Shown in pieces: positions 1 through 8,614 of a stretch of DNA of 64,000 nt. Within the stretch, counting starts at the first letter, position 1, and the number at the start of each line of letters is the position of its first letter. The notes beneath the pieces are model-generated. The model searched no databases. It saw only the letters and a program-made list of their open reading frames with translations, and was not told the DNA's origin. The position numbers and the translations under genes were made by a program. The stretch covers positions 523 through 64,522 of the forward strand of contig JAJFGN010000057.1 of the NCBI GenBank assembly GCA_021776115.1, given 5' to 3'. The DNA comes from Kiloniellaceae bacterium. GTDB taxonomy: Bacteria; Pseudomonadota; Alphaproteobacteria; Kiloniellales; J153.

Positions 1-374
1 GGCTGGGCCTAAACGTCTTGCGCCGTAAGCTGGAGGTCCAGGACCTACCGCAAGCGCAATCCAAAACCGCGCGGCGCGCGTTTCTGGAAAGCGCGGTGGT
101 CGAGGTCCTCAATCCCAAGACGGCGTTGTTCTTCGTCGCCTTCCTGCCGCAGTTCGTCGACCCCGCCGCCGCCCTATCCGTGACCGCGCAGTTCTTGATC
201 CTCGGCACGATCGTGAACTTCGCCTTTTCTTCGGCCGACATTATCTGCGTGTTGCTAGCGGCCTCGATACTGGGCCGCCTCCGGCGCGGCGGCACGGCCG
301 GCCGCTGGGCCAAGATCGCCGGCGGTTCGCTGTTGGTCGGGCTGGGCGTGCGCTTGGCCTTGATGCGGGACTAG
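1..374 (+). CDS. LysE/RhtB-family amino-acid exporter, C-terminal part (5' end lies outside the window)
   Basis: Reading frame is open to the window edge. Hydrophobic helices and the segment EVLNPKTALFFVAFLPQF are typical of LysE-type translocators. Confidence 0.7.
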   Translation, partial: LGLNVLRRKLEVQDLPQAQSKTARRAFLESAVVEVLNPKTALFFVAFLPQFVDPAAALSVTAQFLILGTIVNFAFSSADIICVLLAASILGRLRRGGTAGRWAKIAGGSLLVGLGVRLALMRD

Positions 375-421
375 GGTCGCGGGCTCACAACCGATAACGT
401 CGTCATGTATTGAGACGGTAA

Positions 422-1366
422 TCACCTGACAGTCGGCGCGGCCGCCGCGAGCCGATGCGCTTTTATCGCCTGGGCCTCGATGAAGACCCGCGTGATCTCT
501 GGGAAGTCGCTTTTGATTTTCTTTTCCAGCGATGAGATCGCGGCCTCGACATCGTCCGACGAAAGGCCGGAGTGGAAATCCACGCTGAGGTTCAACAGCA
601 CGTCCTGCGGCCCCATGTGCATGGTGAGAACCTCGTTGATTTGCGCGATCCCGCGTTCTTGCGCGATGGCGCGCCGCGCGCCCGCGACCACATCGGGCGC
701 CGCCGCCTCGCCGATGAGCAAGGCCTTGGTCTCGTAGGCCAGGAACGCGGCGACCAGCGCCAGGACGACCCCGATCAGGATCGACGCGATCGCGTCCAGC
801 GCCGGCATCGCCAGAGCCTCGGACAAGAAGACGCCGGCAAGGGCGATGACCAGTCCCAGCATCGCGGCGGTGTCTTCCATCAGCACGGTGAACAGCGACG
901 GGTCCTTGCTGAGTTGAAGCGCCTTGAAATAGCCGGCGCGTCCCTTGCGTCGTCGAAATTCCCGAAACGCGACATACCAGGAGCCACCCTCGAAGACGAT
1001 CGCGAGACCGAGCACGATGTAATTGATGTAAGCGTTCGTTATCGGGTGCGGGTTACTGAGTTTACTCACACCCTCGTAGATCGATACGCCCGAACCGGTC
1101 GCAAAAATCATGATCGCCACCACGAAGGCCCAGAAATACAGCTCACGGCCATAGCCGAAGGGATGGGTGCCGTCGGCCGGTTTCTCGGCCCGTTTCATGC
1201 CGTACAACAAAAGTGCCTGGTTGCCGGTGTCGACCAGGGAATGCACCGCCTCGCTGAACATGGCCGAACTGCCGGTAAAGGCCGCCGCGACGAATTTCGT
1301 CACCGCGATCAGGCCATTGCCAACGAAGGCGGCCATCACGGCGATCTTGGAACCCTGTGCGGCCAT
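422..1366 (-). CDS. Cation diffusion facilitator (CDF) family metal efflux transporter
   Basis: 314 aa with six predicted TM helices. It has the HSLVDTGN (HxxxD) motif and a C-terminal cytoplasmic domain typical of CDF proteins. Confidence 0.85.
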   Translation of the reverse strand: MAAQGSKIAVMAAFVGNGLIAVTKFVAAAFTGSSAMFSEAVHSLVDTGNQALLLYGMKRAEKPADGTHPFGYGRELYFWAFVVAIMIFATGSGVSIYEGVSKLSNPHPITNAYINYIVLGLAIVFEGGSWYVAFREFRRRKGRAGYFKALQLSKDPSLFTVLMEDTAAMLGLVIALAGVFLSEALAMPALDAIASILIGVVLALVAAFLAYETKALLIGEAAAPDVVAGARRAIAQERGIAQINEVLTMHMGPQDVLLNLSVDFHSGLSSDDVEAAISSLEKKIKSDFPEITRVFIEAQAIKAHRLAAAAPTVR

Positions 1367-1490
1367 ATCGCTCCCCGCCCTGCAAAACCGCGTGTCGCCT
1401 GCGCGCCGGCGGTTTAATCTCCTGAGCCGTGGTCATAGCGTGTCGACCCCCCAGCCGCAAAGCCCCGAACCGCAAAGCCCCTTGGCCGCA

Positions 1491-3902
1491 ATGCCCGTGA
1501 AACGCAAACGCCCCCTTCTGTCGCGCCTGATCGTCTGGACCTTGTGGGGTCTGGTGATCCTTGTCGGCCTGGGCAGCCTGGCCGCCGCCGGCGGTTATCT
1601 GTGGCTGCGCGGCTCGCTCCCCGACCTTGATGGCCAGATCCTTGCCGCCGGCTTGAGCGCCCCGGCGGAGATATTGAGGGACCCCGAGGGGATCGTCACC
1701 ATCCGCGCCCAAAACGAATCCGATGCCGCCTTTGCCTTGGGCTTTGCCCATGCCCAGGACCGTCTTTGGCAGATGGACTTCACCCGGCGCAGCGGCGCCG
1801 GACGGATCGCCGAGGTTGTGGGCGCGCGCGCCCTGCCCTTCGATCGCTTTATGCGGACCCTGGGCTTGTACCGGGTCGCCGAAGCCAACCTGACTGCCTT
1901 GCCGGATGACACCCGTGCGGTGCTGGATGCCTATACCGGCGGCGTGAACGCCTTTCTGGCCGCGCGTAACGGTCCCCTGCCCCTGGAATTTCAGATCCTG
2001 CGCTACACGCCGGAGCCCTGGAAACCGGCGGACAGCCTGGTTTGGGGCCGCTTGATGGCGCTACAGCTTTCCGGCAATTGGCGCGACGAGGTCTTGCACG
2101 CCCGGCTGGCCAAGCGCCTGACGGCTGAACAGATCGGCTTCCTGTGGCCGGCCTATCCGAAGGACGCGCCGACAACGCTGAAGGACCTGGCCGACGCGAC
2201 CGGCGAGATGCCGCTGGAGCGCTTTGCCGATATCCTGCCTTGGGAGTTGGCGCCGAAAGATGCCTCGAACGCCTGGGTCTTGGATGGCACGCGCACCGAA
2301 AGCGGCGCGCCGATCCTGGCCAACGATCCGCACCTGGCCCTAAGCGCGCCGGGGACATGGTACCTGGCGCGGATCGAGACGCCCGAGCGCACCCTGAGCG
2401 GCGCGACCGTGCCCGGCTTGCCGTTCCTGATGCTGGGACAGAACGGCGACGTCGCCTGGGGTATGACGACCACACACAGCGACACCCAGGACCTCTTTAT
2501 CGAGCGCGTCGTCGAGGGCGACCCGGCAAGCTATGAGACGCCGGAAGGGCCGCGCGCCTTTGTATCCCGGCAAGAGATCATCGAGGTGCAAGGCCAAGCG
2601 CCGGAGACCTGGACGGTTCGCGAAACCCGGCACGGGCCCGTGCTCTCAGACGCCATCGCGGTTGATTTAGATGATGTGCGAGGGAGCGGCACCGTCCTGG
2701 CCTTGGCCTGGCCCGCCCTGCGCGCGGACGACCGCACGGGCGTGGCTTTCCACCGTATGAATCGCGCGCGCAACGCCGGGGAGTTCCGGGCCGCGCTGCA
2801 GGACTTCAACAGCCCGCAACAGAACATCGTCTATGCCGACCGCGCCGGGCAAATCGGTTTCGCCGCCCCGGGCCGGGTGCCGATCCGCAAAGCCGGGGAT
2901 GGGCGGCATCCGGTCCCGGGCTGGAGCGGCGCCACCGACTGGCGCGGCGAGATTCCCTTTCAAGAATTACCGCTGGCAAGCAACCCGGCCGAGGGGTCTA
3001 TCGTCAGCGCCAACAACAAGATCGTCCCCGACAGCTACCGCTACCTTCTGACCGCCGATTGGCAAGCGCCCTACCGCGCCGAGCGCATCGAGACCCTGCT
3101 CAACGGCGGCAAAGAAATGGGATGGACTCTCGAGCGCACGATCGCGGCTCAACTGGACCTCGCCTCCCCGGCCGCGCGCGCGCTTCTGCCCCTGCTTCTT
3201 TCAACGCAAGCCACGTCGGCGCGCGGCGCCGAGGCCCTCGCGATCTTACGGGCCTGGGATGGGCGAATGACCCGCGACGCGGCCGCGCCGCTGATCCTTT
3301 ATGCCTGGGCCGGCGCTTTGACCGAGGCCTTGATGGCCGACGAGCTGGGCCCGGCGTTTAAGGAATTCCGCGCCCCAAAGCTCGCCATCCTGACCAACAT
3401 CCTGCGCGACGCGCCGGCGTGGTGCGACGACGTGACCAGCGGCGTCACCGAGACCTGTGCCGACGAATTGTCCAGGTCTCTCGAAAGCGCCCTGGAGAGT
3501 CTGGACCAACGTTTTAGGCGGCCCTTGGACCAACTGCGCTGGGGCGAGGCGCACCTCGCCCGCTTTGCCCATCCGATTCTGCGCAACCTGCCGCTGGCCG
3601 ACACGATCTTCGGCTATCCCTTAGAGACCCCGGGCGGAACCTATACGATCAACCGAGGGGGCGCCGCCTACGGATCCGACCCCGCCAAGCGCTTCGAAAA
3701 TATTCACGGCCCCGGTTACCGGGCGATCTACGACCTTGGCGAGCCCGACAATTCGCGCTTCATGATCGCGACCGGGCAATCGGGCAATCCCTTGTCGGTG
3801 TGGTATGGTAACCTCGCGGAGCAATGGCGCGACGGTCAGTACCTAAAACTGGTCGGACCTAAGACAGTGACCCGACATCGCTTGCGGCTCACTCCGCCAT
3901 AG
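1491..3902 (+). CDS. Penicillin acylase family Ntn-hydrolase (penicillin amidase / acyl-homoserine-lactone acylase-like)
   Basis: ATG at 1491 precedes an N-terminal TM/signal segment (LIVWTLWGLVILVGLGSLAAA). The beta-subunit nucleophile context is DASNAWVLDG...ANDPHL. Total length about 800 aa. A GTG at 1440 is an alternative start. Confidence 0.85.
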   Translation: MPVKRKRPLLSRLIVWTLWGLVILVGLGSLAAAGGYLWLRGSLPDLDGQILAAGLSAPAEILRDPEGIVTIRAQNESDAAFALGFAHAQDRLWQMDFTRRSGAGRIAEVVGARALPFDRFMRTLGLYRVAEANLTALPDDTRAVLDAYTGGVNAFLAARNGPLPLEFQILRYTPEPWKPADSLVWGRLMALQLSGNWRDEVLHARLAKRLTAEQIGFLWPAYPKDAPTTLKDLADATGEMPLERFADILPWELAPKDASNAWVLDGTRTESGAPILANDPHLALSAPGTWYLARIETPERTLSGATVPGLPFLMLGQNGDVAWGMTTTHSDTQDLFIERVVEGDPASYETPEGPRAFVSRQEIIEVQGQAPETWTVRETRHGPVLSDAIAVDLDDVRGSGTVLALAWPALRADDRTGVAFHRMNRARNAGEFRAALQDFNSPQQNIVYADRAGQIGFAAPGRVPIRKAGDGRHPVPGWSGATDWRGEIPFQELPLASNPAEGSIVSANNKIVPDSYRYLLTADWQAPYRAERIETLLNGGKEMGWTLERTIAAQLDLASPAARALLPLLLSTQATSARGAEALAILRAWDGRMTRDAAAPLILYAWAGALTEALMADELGPAFKEFRAPKLAILTNILRDAPAWCDDVTSGVTETCADELSRSLESALESLDQRFRRPLDQLRWGEAHLARFAHPILRNLPLADTIFGYPLETPGGTYTINRGGAAYGSDPAKRFENIHGPGYRAIYDLGEPDNSRFMIATGQSGNPLSVWYGNLAEQWRDGQYLKLVGPKTVTRHRLRLTPP

Positions 3903-3933
3903 TGTGTTTGAGCGTGAGGGAGGCTCAAGACTC

Positions 3934-5187
3934 ATGACGGTTACCCCCGACGATATTCGCCGCGCCGCCGCGCAAATCGCCGGCGAAGTTGTGCGCACGC
4001 CCTTGATACCGGCGCGCCGCCTCGGCGAGGCGCTGGGATGCGAATTGTATCTCAAGCTGGAAAACCTGCAGTACACCGGCTCGTTCAAGGATCGCGGCGC
4101 GCTGGTCAAACTCAAGAGCCTGACCGCCGCGCAGGCCAAGCGCGGCGTGATCGCCATGTCGGCCGGCAACCACGCGCAGGGCGTCGCCTATCATGCCCAG
4201 CGTCTGGGCATTCCCGCGACCATCGTGATGCCGGAATTCGCCCCCGCCACCAAGGTCGAGCGGACCAAGAGCTTCGGCGCCCGCGTAGTGCTGACCGGTG
4301 ACACGCTGGACACCTCCGCCGTCGCGGCGCGCGAGATCGCGGAGAAAGAAAACCTGACCTTCGTGCACCCCTACGACGACCCGCTGATCGTCGCCGGGCA
4401 AGGCACCGTCGGCTTCGAGATGCTGGAAGACGTGCCCGATCTCGACACCATCGTGGTCCCGATCGGCGGCGGCGGCATTATCTCCGGCATCGCGATCGCC
4501 GCCAAGTCGATCAAACCGGACTTGCGCATGATCGGGGTCGAGGCCGAGCTGTTCCCCTCCATGTACCAGGCGGTTCGCGGCCTGCCCCCGGCGAGCGGCG
4601 GACAAACCCTGGCCGACGGTATCGCGGTCAAGAACCCCGGCAAGTTGACGCGCGAGATCATAGAACGCCTGGTCGAGGATATCATCCTGGTCGACGAGCC
4701 CCTGATCGAAAGTGCGGTCCATACCCTGGCCGAGCAGCAGAAGATCGTGGCCGAGGGCGCCGGGGCGGCCGGCGTGGCGGGACTCATGAAGGCGCCCGAA
4801 GGCTTCGCCGGGCGCAAGGTCGGCATCGTCATCTGCGGCGGCAACATCGACGTGCGCCTGCTGTCCTGGGTTTTGACCCGCGGTCTGGTGCGCGACGGCC
4901 GGATGGTGCGCCTGCGCATCGGCATCGTCGACCGGCCGGGCGTGTTGGCCTTGATCACGCAGTTGATCGGCAAGACCGGCGGCAACATCATCGAGGTCTA
5001 TCACCAGCGCCTGTTCCATGACGTCCCGGCCAAGCACGCCGACGTCGACGCCGTGATCGAGACCCGCGACGCCGCCCATGTGGCGGAGATCGTGGAGTCC
5101 TTGAAGGCGAACGGATTTCCAACCCGGGTGCTCTCGTCCCGCTCGGACGAGCGCCTGGCGCCGTGCGCGGCGGCGCCGCTCGGTTAG
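3934..5187 (+). CDS. Threonine ammonia-lyase (threonine dehydratase), PLP-dependent, with a C-terminal ACT-like domain
   Basis: PLP-lysine motif YTGSFKDRGA and a GGGG loop. A GAGGGAGG ribosome-binding site lies upstream of the ATG at 3934. Confidence 0.85.
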   Translation: MTVTPDDIRRAAAQIAGEVVRTPLIPARRLGEALGCELYLKLENLQYTGSFKDRGALVKLKSLTAAQAKRGVIAMSAGNHAQGVAYHAQRLGIPATIVMPEFAPATKVERTKSFGARVVLTGDTLDTSAVAAREIAEKENLTFVHPYDDPLIVAGQGTVGFEMLEDVPDLDTIVVPIGGGGIISGIAIAAKSIKPDLRMIGVEAELFPSMYQAVRGLPPASGGQTLADGIAVKNPGKLTREIIERLVEDIILVDEPLIESAVHTLAEQQKIVAEGAGAAGVAGLMKAPEGFAGRKVGIVICGGNIDVRLLSWVLTRGLVRDGRMVRLRIGIVDRPGVLALITQLIGKTGGNIIEVYHQRLFHDVPAKHADVDAVIETRDAAHVAEIVESLKANGFPTRVLSSRSDERLAPCAAAPLG

Positions 5188-5269
5188 GGGCTTGCGTGCG
5201 GCGGATTCCGGAGCCATTTTAGGCGTATGGATCCGTGGCCGGGCCGGCCGCGATTTGAAAAGAGCAAAA

Positions 5270-6646
5270 ATGACGGCCCCCGTCTTCAAGAACGTCCTCG
5301 ACAGCATCGGCAACACGCCGATGATCGAGGTCGGCCGGATCGACACCGGCCCCTGCCGTCTGTTCCTCAAGCTGGAAAACCAAAACCCCGGCGGCTCGAT
5401 CAAGGACCGTATCGGCATGTCCATGATCGAAGCGGCCGAGCGCGAGGGCAAACTCAAGCCCGGCGGCACCCTGATCGAGGCGACCGCCGGCAACACCGGC
5501 CTCGGCCTCGCCCTGGTCGCGGCGCAGAAGGGCTACCGCCTGATCATTGTCGTGCCCGACAAGATGGCGCAGGAGAAGATCTTTCACCTGCGCGCGCTGG
5601 GCGCGGAAGTGATGCTGACCCGCTCCGACGTCGGCAAGGGCCACCCGGAATACTACCAGGACATGGCCGAGCGGATCGCACGCGAGACCGGCGCCTTCTA
5701 CGTCAATCAGTTCGCCAACCCCGCCAACCCCCTGGCGCACGAAACCACGACCGGACCCGAGATCTGGGAGCAGATGGATCATGACCTCGACGCGGTCGTC
5801 TGCGGCGTCGGCTCCGGCGGCACCCTGACCGGCCTATCGAATTATTTCGCCAAGGTCGCGCCCGAGGCGGAGATGATCCTGGCCGACCCGGAAGGCTCGA
5901 TCCTGGCCGAATACGTAGATACCGGGAAGCTGAGTACCGACGTCGGCTCCTGGGTGGTCGAGGGCATCGGCGAGGATTTCCTGCCCCCCGTCTCCGATTT
6001 CAGTCATGTCAAAACCGCCTATACCATTCCCGACAAGGAAGCCCTGCTGACCGCGCGCGAGCTTCTGGCGAAGGAAGGCATCCTAGCCGGCTCCTCCTCA
6101 GGCACCCTGATCGCCGCCGCCTTGCGCTACTGCCGCGCGCAAACGAAGCCGAAGCGGGTCGTCACCCTCGTGTGCGACAGCGGCAACAAGTATCTATCCA
6201 AGATGTTCAACGACTTCTGGATGCTCGATCAGGGCTTCCTGGAGCGCGAGCGCACCCACGACCTGCGCGACCTGATCTCGCACCGCCACGCCGAGCACGC
6301 GACGGTCACGGTCGCGCCCGAAGATACCTTGCTGATCGCCTACGGGCGCATGAAGCTCTATGACGTCTCGCAGCTTCCGGTTCTTAGCGACGAGAGCCAC
6401 GTCGCCGGGCTCATCGACGAAAGCGATATCCTGCTCGCCATCACGCGCGACGAAGCGGCCTTCAAAACCCCGGTCAAAGACGCCATGACCCGCCGCCTGC
6501 AAACCGTCCAAGCCGATCAAGCGATGGACGACCTGCTCCCCATCTTCGACGCCGGCCACGTCGCCATCGTCGTCGACGGCGACAAGTTTTTGGGCCTGAT
6601 CACACGGATAGATTTGCTGAACCACTTGCGGCGGCGGTTGCGGTAG
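5270..6646 (+). CDS. Cystathionine beta-synthase (PLP fold-type II domain plus a C-terminal CBS-domain pair)
   Basis: Motifs NPGGSIKDR and TAGNTG, with two C-terminal CBS-like repeats. Start is the ATG at 5270. Confidence 0.8.
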   Translation: MTAPVFKNVLDSIGNTPMIEVGRIDTGPCRLFLKLENQNPGGSIKDRIGMSMIEAAEREGKLKPGGTLIEATAGNTGLGLALVAAQKGYRLIIVVPDKMAQEKIFHLRALGAEVMLTRSDVGKGHPEYYQDMAERIARETGAFYVNQFANPANPLAHETTTGPEIWEQMDHDLDAVVCGVGSGGTLTGLSNYFAKVAPEAEMILADPEGSILAEYVDTGKLSTDVGSWVVEGIGEDFLPPVSDFSHVKTAYTIPDKEALLTARELLAKEGILAGSSSGTLIAAALRYCRAQTKPKRVVTLVCDSGNKYLSKMFNDFWMLDQGFLERERTHDLRDLISHRHAEHATVTVAPEDTLLIAYGRMKLYDVSQLPVLSDESHVAGLIDESDILLAITRDEAAFKTPVKDAMTRRLQTVQADQAMDDLLPIFDAGHVAIVVDGDKFLGLITRIDLLNHLRRRLR

Positions 6647-6648
6647 GG

Positions 6649-7060
6649 ATGGCGAACGAATACGAACTTGCGTTTGTTAAAGCGTTCGTTTCTTCCGATC
6701 AGCATAGGCGGCTTACAGAATTGCTGGCATCCGTACGGGGCCGAAAAAAAATTCATCGGCTATCTTGCGCATTCCTTGTCACTGGATGACACATTTTCGA
6801 CCAAGATTCCGGCCCATTTTCAGAACGCCAAGGACGTTCTCAGATTGCTTGAAGAAAAGGGAGCGCACGAGGATTGCTTCATCTTTTCAGAGAATCCGGA
6901 ATGGGACCGAAAAACCTGGCCGCTACAGGACATTATCGAGCGTGTGATGGGTTCCAGGTTTGCCACTGTTATTTCTTGCCGGCCCGGTGCGCTCGCATAT
7001 TTCGAGGGAGAAGACAAAGGGGCGCGTTACCTACTCGAAAGACCGGCAAATAACGCCTGA
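6649..7060 (+). pseudogene. Hypothetical protein gene split by a frameshift in an A8 tract (6744-6751)
   Basis: ATG at 6649 opens a 46-codon frame (MANEYELAFVKAFVSSDQHRRLTELLASVRGRKK...). Skipping one A joins it to the 6668-7060 frame (FIGYLAHSLSLDD...). The region is AT-richer than its flanks. Confidence 0.45.
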
Positions 7061-7094
7061 TGGCCCGGAAAACTGTTTACGCTATCCGCGACAC

Positions 7095-7142
7095 TAACCC
7101 TCGCCCCGAGGGAGAGGGCGGCGCGAAGCGCGGGTGAGGGCA
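7095..7142. repeat. Palindromic repeat unit, reverse orientation (hairpin 7098-7118 plus GGGTGAGGG box 7132-7140)
   Basis: CCCTCGCC/GGAGAGGG stem followed by GGGTGAGGG. This box is the exact reverse complement of the box at 7526-7534. Confidence 0.7.
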
Positions 7143-7185
7143 GTTCGGTTGGCCGCTTGGGACCGGCACATGGTACGATCGAAAG

Positions 7186-7536
7186 ATGGCGGGAAAATCC
7201 ACTGCACGCTCATTGCGCCGCAACGCGACGGATGCCGAGCGCTTGCTTTGGCAGCGGTTACGCAATCGGCAGGCTGGCGACCTTAAGTTCCGCCGCCAAG
7301 AGCCGATCGGTCCCTTTATCGTCGATTTTTTCTGCCTGAAGCAAAATTTGATCGTCGAGGTCGACGGCGGCCAGCACGAAACGGCGCAAGACCGTGACGC
7401 CGCGCGAACAGCGTGGCTGGAAGCCCGTGGCTATCGCGTGATCCGATTCTGGAACAATGAAGTAATCGGGAACGTCGAGGGCGTTCTCGAGACCATCGTG
7501 CGGGCGGCAGGAGAAACCAAATCCCCCTCACCCTGA
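7186..7536 (+). CDS. DUF559 domain endonuclease-like protein (Vsr/PD-(D/E)xK-like fold)
   Basis: 116 aa. Motifs RRNATDAERLLWQRLR, FRRQEPIGPFIVDFFC, IVEVDGGQH and RFWNNEV are characteristic of DUF559. Confidence 0.85.
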   Translation: MAGKSTARSLRRNATDAERLLWQRLRNRQAGDLKFRRQEPIGPFIVDFFCLKQNLIVEVDGGQHETAQDRDAARTAWLEARGYRVIRFWNNEVIGNVEGVLETIVRAAGETKSPSP

Positions 7537-7557
7537 CCCTCTCCCGCCGGGAGAGGG
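7524..7557. repeat. Palindromic repeat unit, forward orientation (CCCTCACCC box plus 9-bp hairpin)
   Basis: CCCTCACCC at 7526-7534, then CCCTCTCCC-GCC-GGGAGAGGG at 7537-7557. It overlaps the last codons of the DUF559 ORF. Confidence 0.75.
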
Positions 7558-7611
7558 AACGCGCGGCACGCTATATCAGGCATCCGGCGAGTCACCCTAA
7601 ACCACTCCGCC

Positions 7612-8220
7612 CTATGGCTCAGGGCGTCGCTCAGATTTCTCGGTCAAATCGCCGCCACGCCAGAGCGCCAGCGCGATCAGTGGCTGGTCCAATGTTTCGA
7701 TGGCGTGCCAGGTCATGGACGGGTGATGAATGATGTCCCCGGGTTGGCGCGGAACGAAATCGCCGCGCGGTTCGCGGCTCTTCATCCAGAGGGCGTCGCC
7801 GGCGAGGGGGACGTAGATCTCTTCCGCGGCGTGCCGGTGGGCGGGATAGGTGGTTTCGGGGCCGAGCGCCAGAAACGACATGAGCAATCGCGCGCTGTGA
7901 AAACAACCGCGCTCCCCGACTAATTCGACCCAGCCGTAGCGGTCGAGAAACGCGGCGCCGAAGTCGTCAGCCGTGTAAGTTTGGTTCCAGGCGAAACGAT
8001 GAATGCCCCGCAAAAAGGCATCGACCACCGGCCTGGTCACAGCAGAGCCATTCAGCTCGGCCCCAAGAAGAGTGGCGCAGACGGGGAGCGCACGGGCCGG
8101 CTGCGCGTGTTCGGCACGCCCGTCAGGGGGAAGCAGCGCGAGAAACTCATCGAGTAATTCATCGTCGAGTGAGCGCAAGGCGGTGACCGTCGCTTCGAGA
8201 AGAGAGGGCGCGTGCGACAT
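7612..8220 (-). CDS. Cupin-fold protein resembling the DMSP-lyase family (DddL/DddQ/DddW type)
   Basis: Cupin motif 1 YPAHRHAAEEIYVPLAG (HxHxxxExY) and a second His motif HHPSMTWHA. About 200 aa. The family assignment is from memory of motifs only. Confidence 0.5.
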   Translation of the reverse strand: MSHAPSLLEATVTALRSLDDELLDEFLALLPPDGRAEHAQPARALPVCATLLGAELNGSAVTRPVVDAFLRGIHRFAWNQTYTADDFGAAFLDRYGWVELVGERGCFHSARLLMSFLALGPETTYPAHRHAAEEIYVPLAGDALWMKSREPRGDFVPRQPGDIIHHPSMTWHAIETLDQPLIALALWRGGDLTEKSERRPEP

Positions 8221-8308
8221 GGGGTCTCCAGGCAGAGGAGCATACGGTGGGTTATGCTTACCCAGCTTACAAGTTCTGACACTCGTCCTGATGTTTCCAA
8301 AGATATTT

Positions 8309-8380
8309 CACCACGAAGACTCGAAGGACACGAAGGTTTATTTGACCGTCATGCATATGAGTCTTCGTGTCTTTGTGGTT
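8309..8380. repeat. Long imperfect hairpin / inverted repeat in a divergent intergenic region
   Basis: CACCACGAAGACTCGAAG (8309-8326) pairs with CTTCGTGTCTTTGTGGTT (8363-8380) at 15 of 18 positions. The left arm contains a tandem CGAAGxAC motif. Confidence 0.5.
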
Positions 8381-8504
8381 AGCACGCTATCCACAGCCTT
8401 ATCATTGCATCGGGCTGGGCGAGCGCTACTTTAAGGTGGAAACGACGACGCAGCTTGGAGCGAGGTCTTATGACGCCTATCGATTGCCGTTCGAGCGATT
8501 TTTT

Positions 8505-8534
8505 TATTCCCTGTTCTGAGGGAATAACAGGGAA
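8505..8534. promoter_or_regulatory. Perfect 10-bp inverted repeat (ATTCCCTGTT-N10-AACAGGGAAT), candidate operator upstream of the PLP-enzyme gene
   Basis: Read directly. A competing 6-bp pairing exists between TTCCCT (8506-8511) and AGGGAA (8518-8523). The repeat lies about 80 nt upstream of the ATG at 8615. Confidence 0.35.
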
Positions 8535-8614
8535 TTGCCCGGCAGCGATTCCGCCCTTTGACAATCCTGGGCCCAGGGCCACATGGTGAGTCTGCCGAAC
8601 CCCGCGAGGACCGC

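Noticed and set aside
3925-5496. Very long antisense or alternative-frame ORFs overlap clear genes. Examples are 3925-5496 (-), 572-1417 (+), 34113-35429 (-), 35966-37723 (+), 49476-50714 (-) and 45052-45945 (-).
   Set aside because: Their translations are Arg/Gly/Pro/Ala/His-rich and low in complexity, as expected for stop-poor off-frames in high-GC DNA. Each overlaps a gene with strong family motifs.
8470-8560. A possible SAM-II-type riboswitch (CGATTTTTTT followed by structured sequence) upstream of a sulfur amino-acid gene.
   Set aside because: I could not find the downstream AAAGC / GCTAAAAA-type pseudoknot partners or any other consensus elements. It is kept only as an unexplained structured leader.
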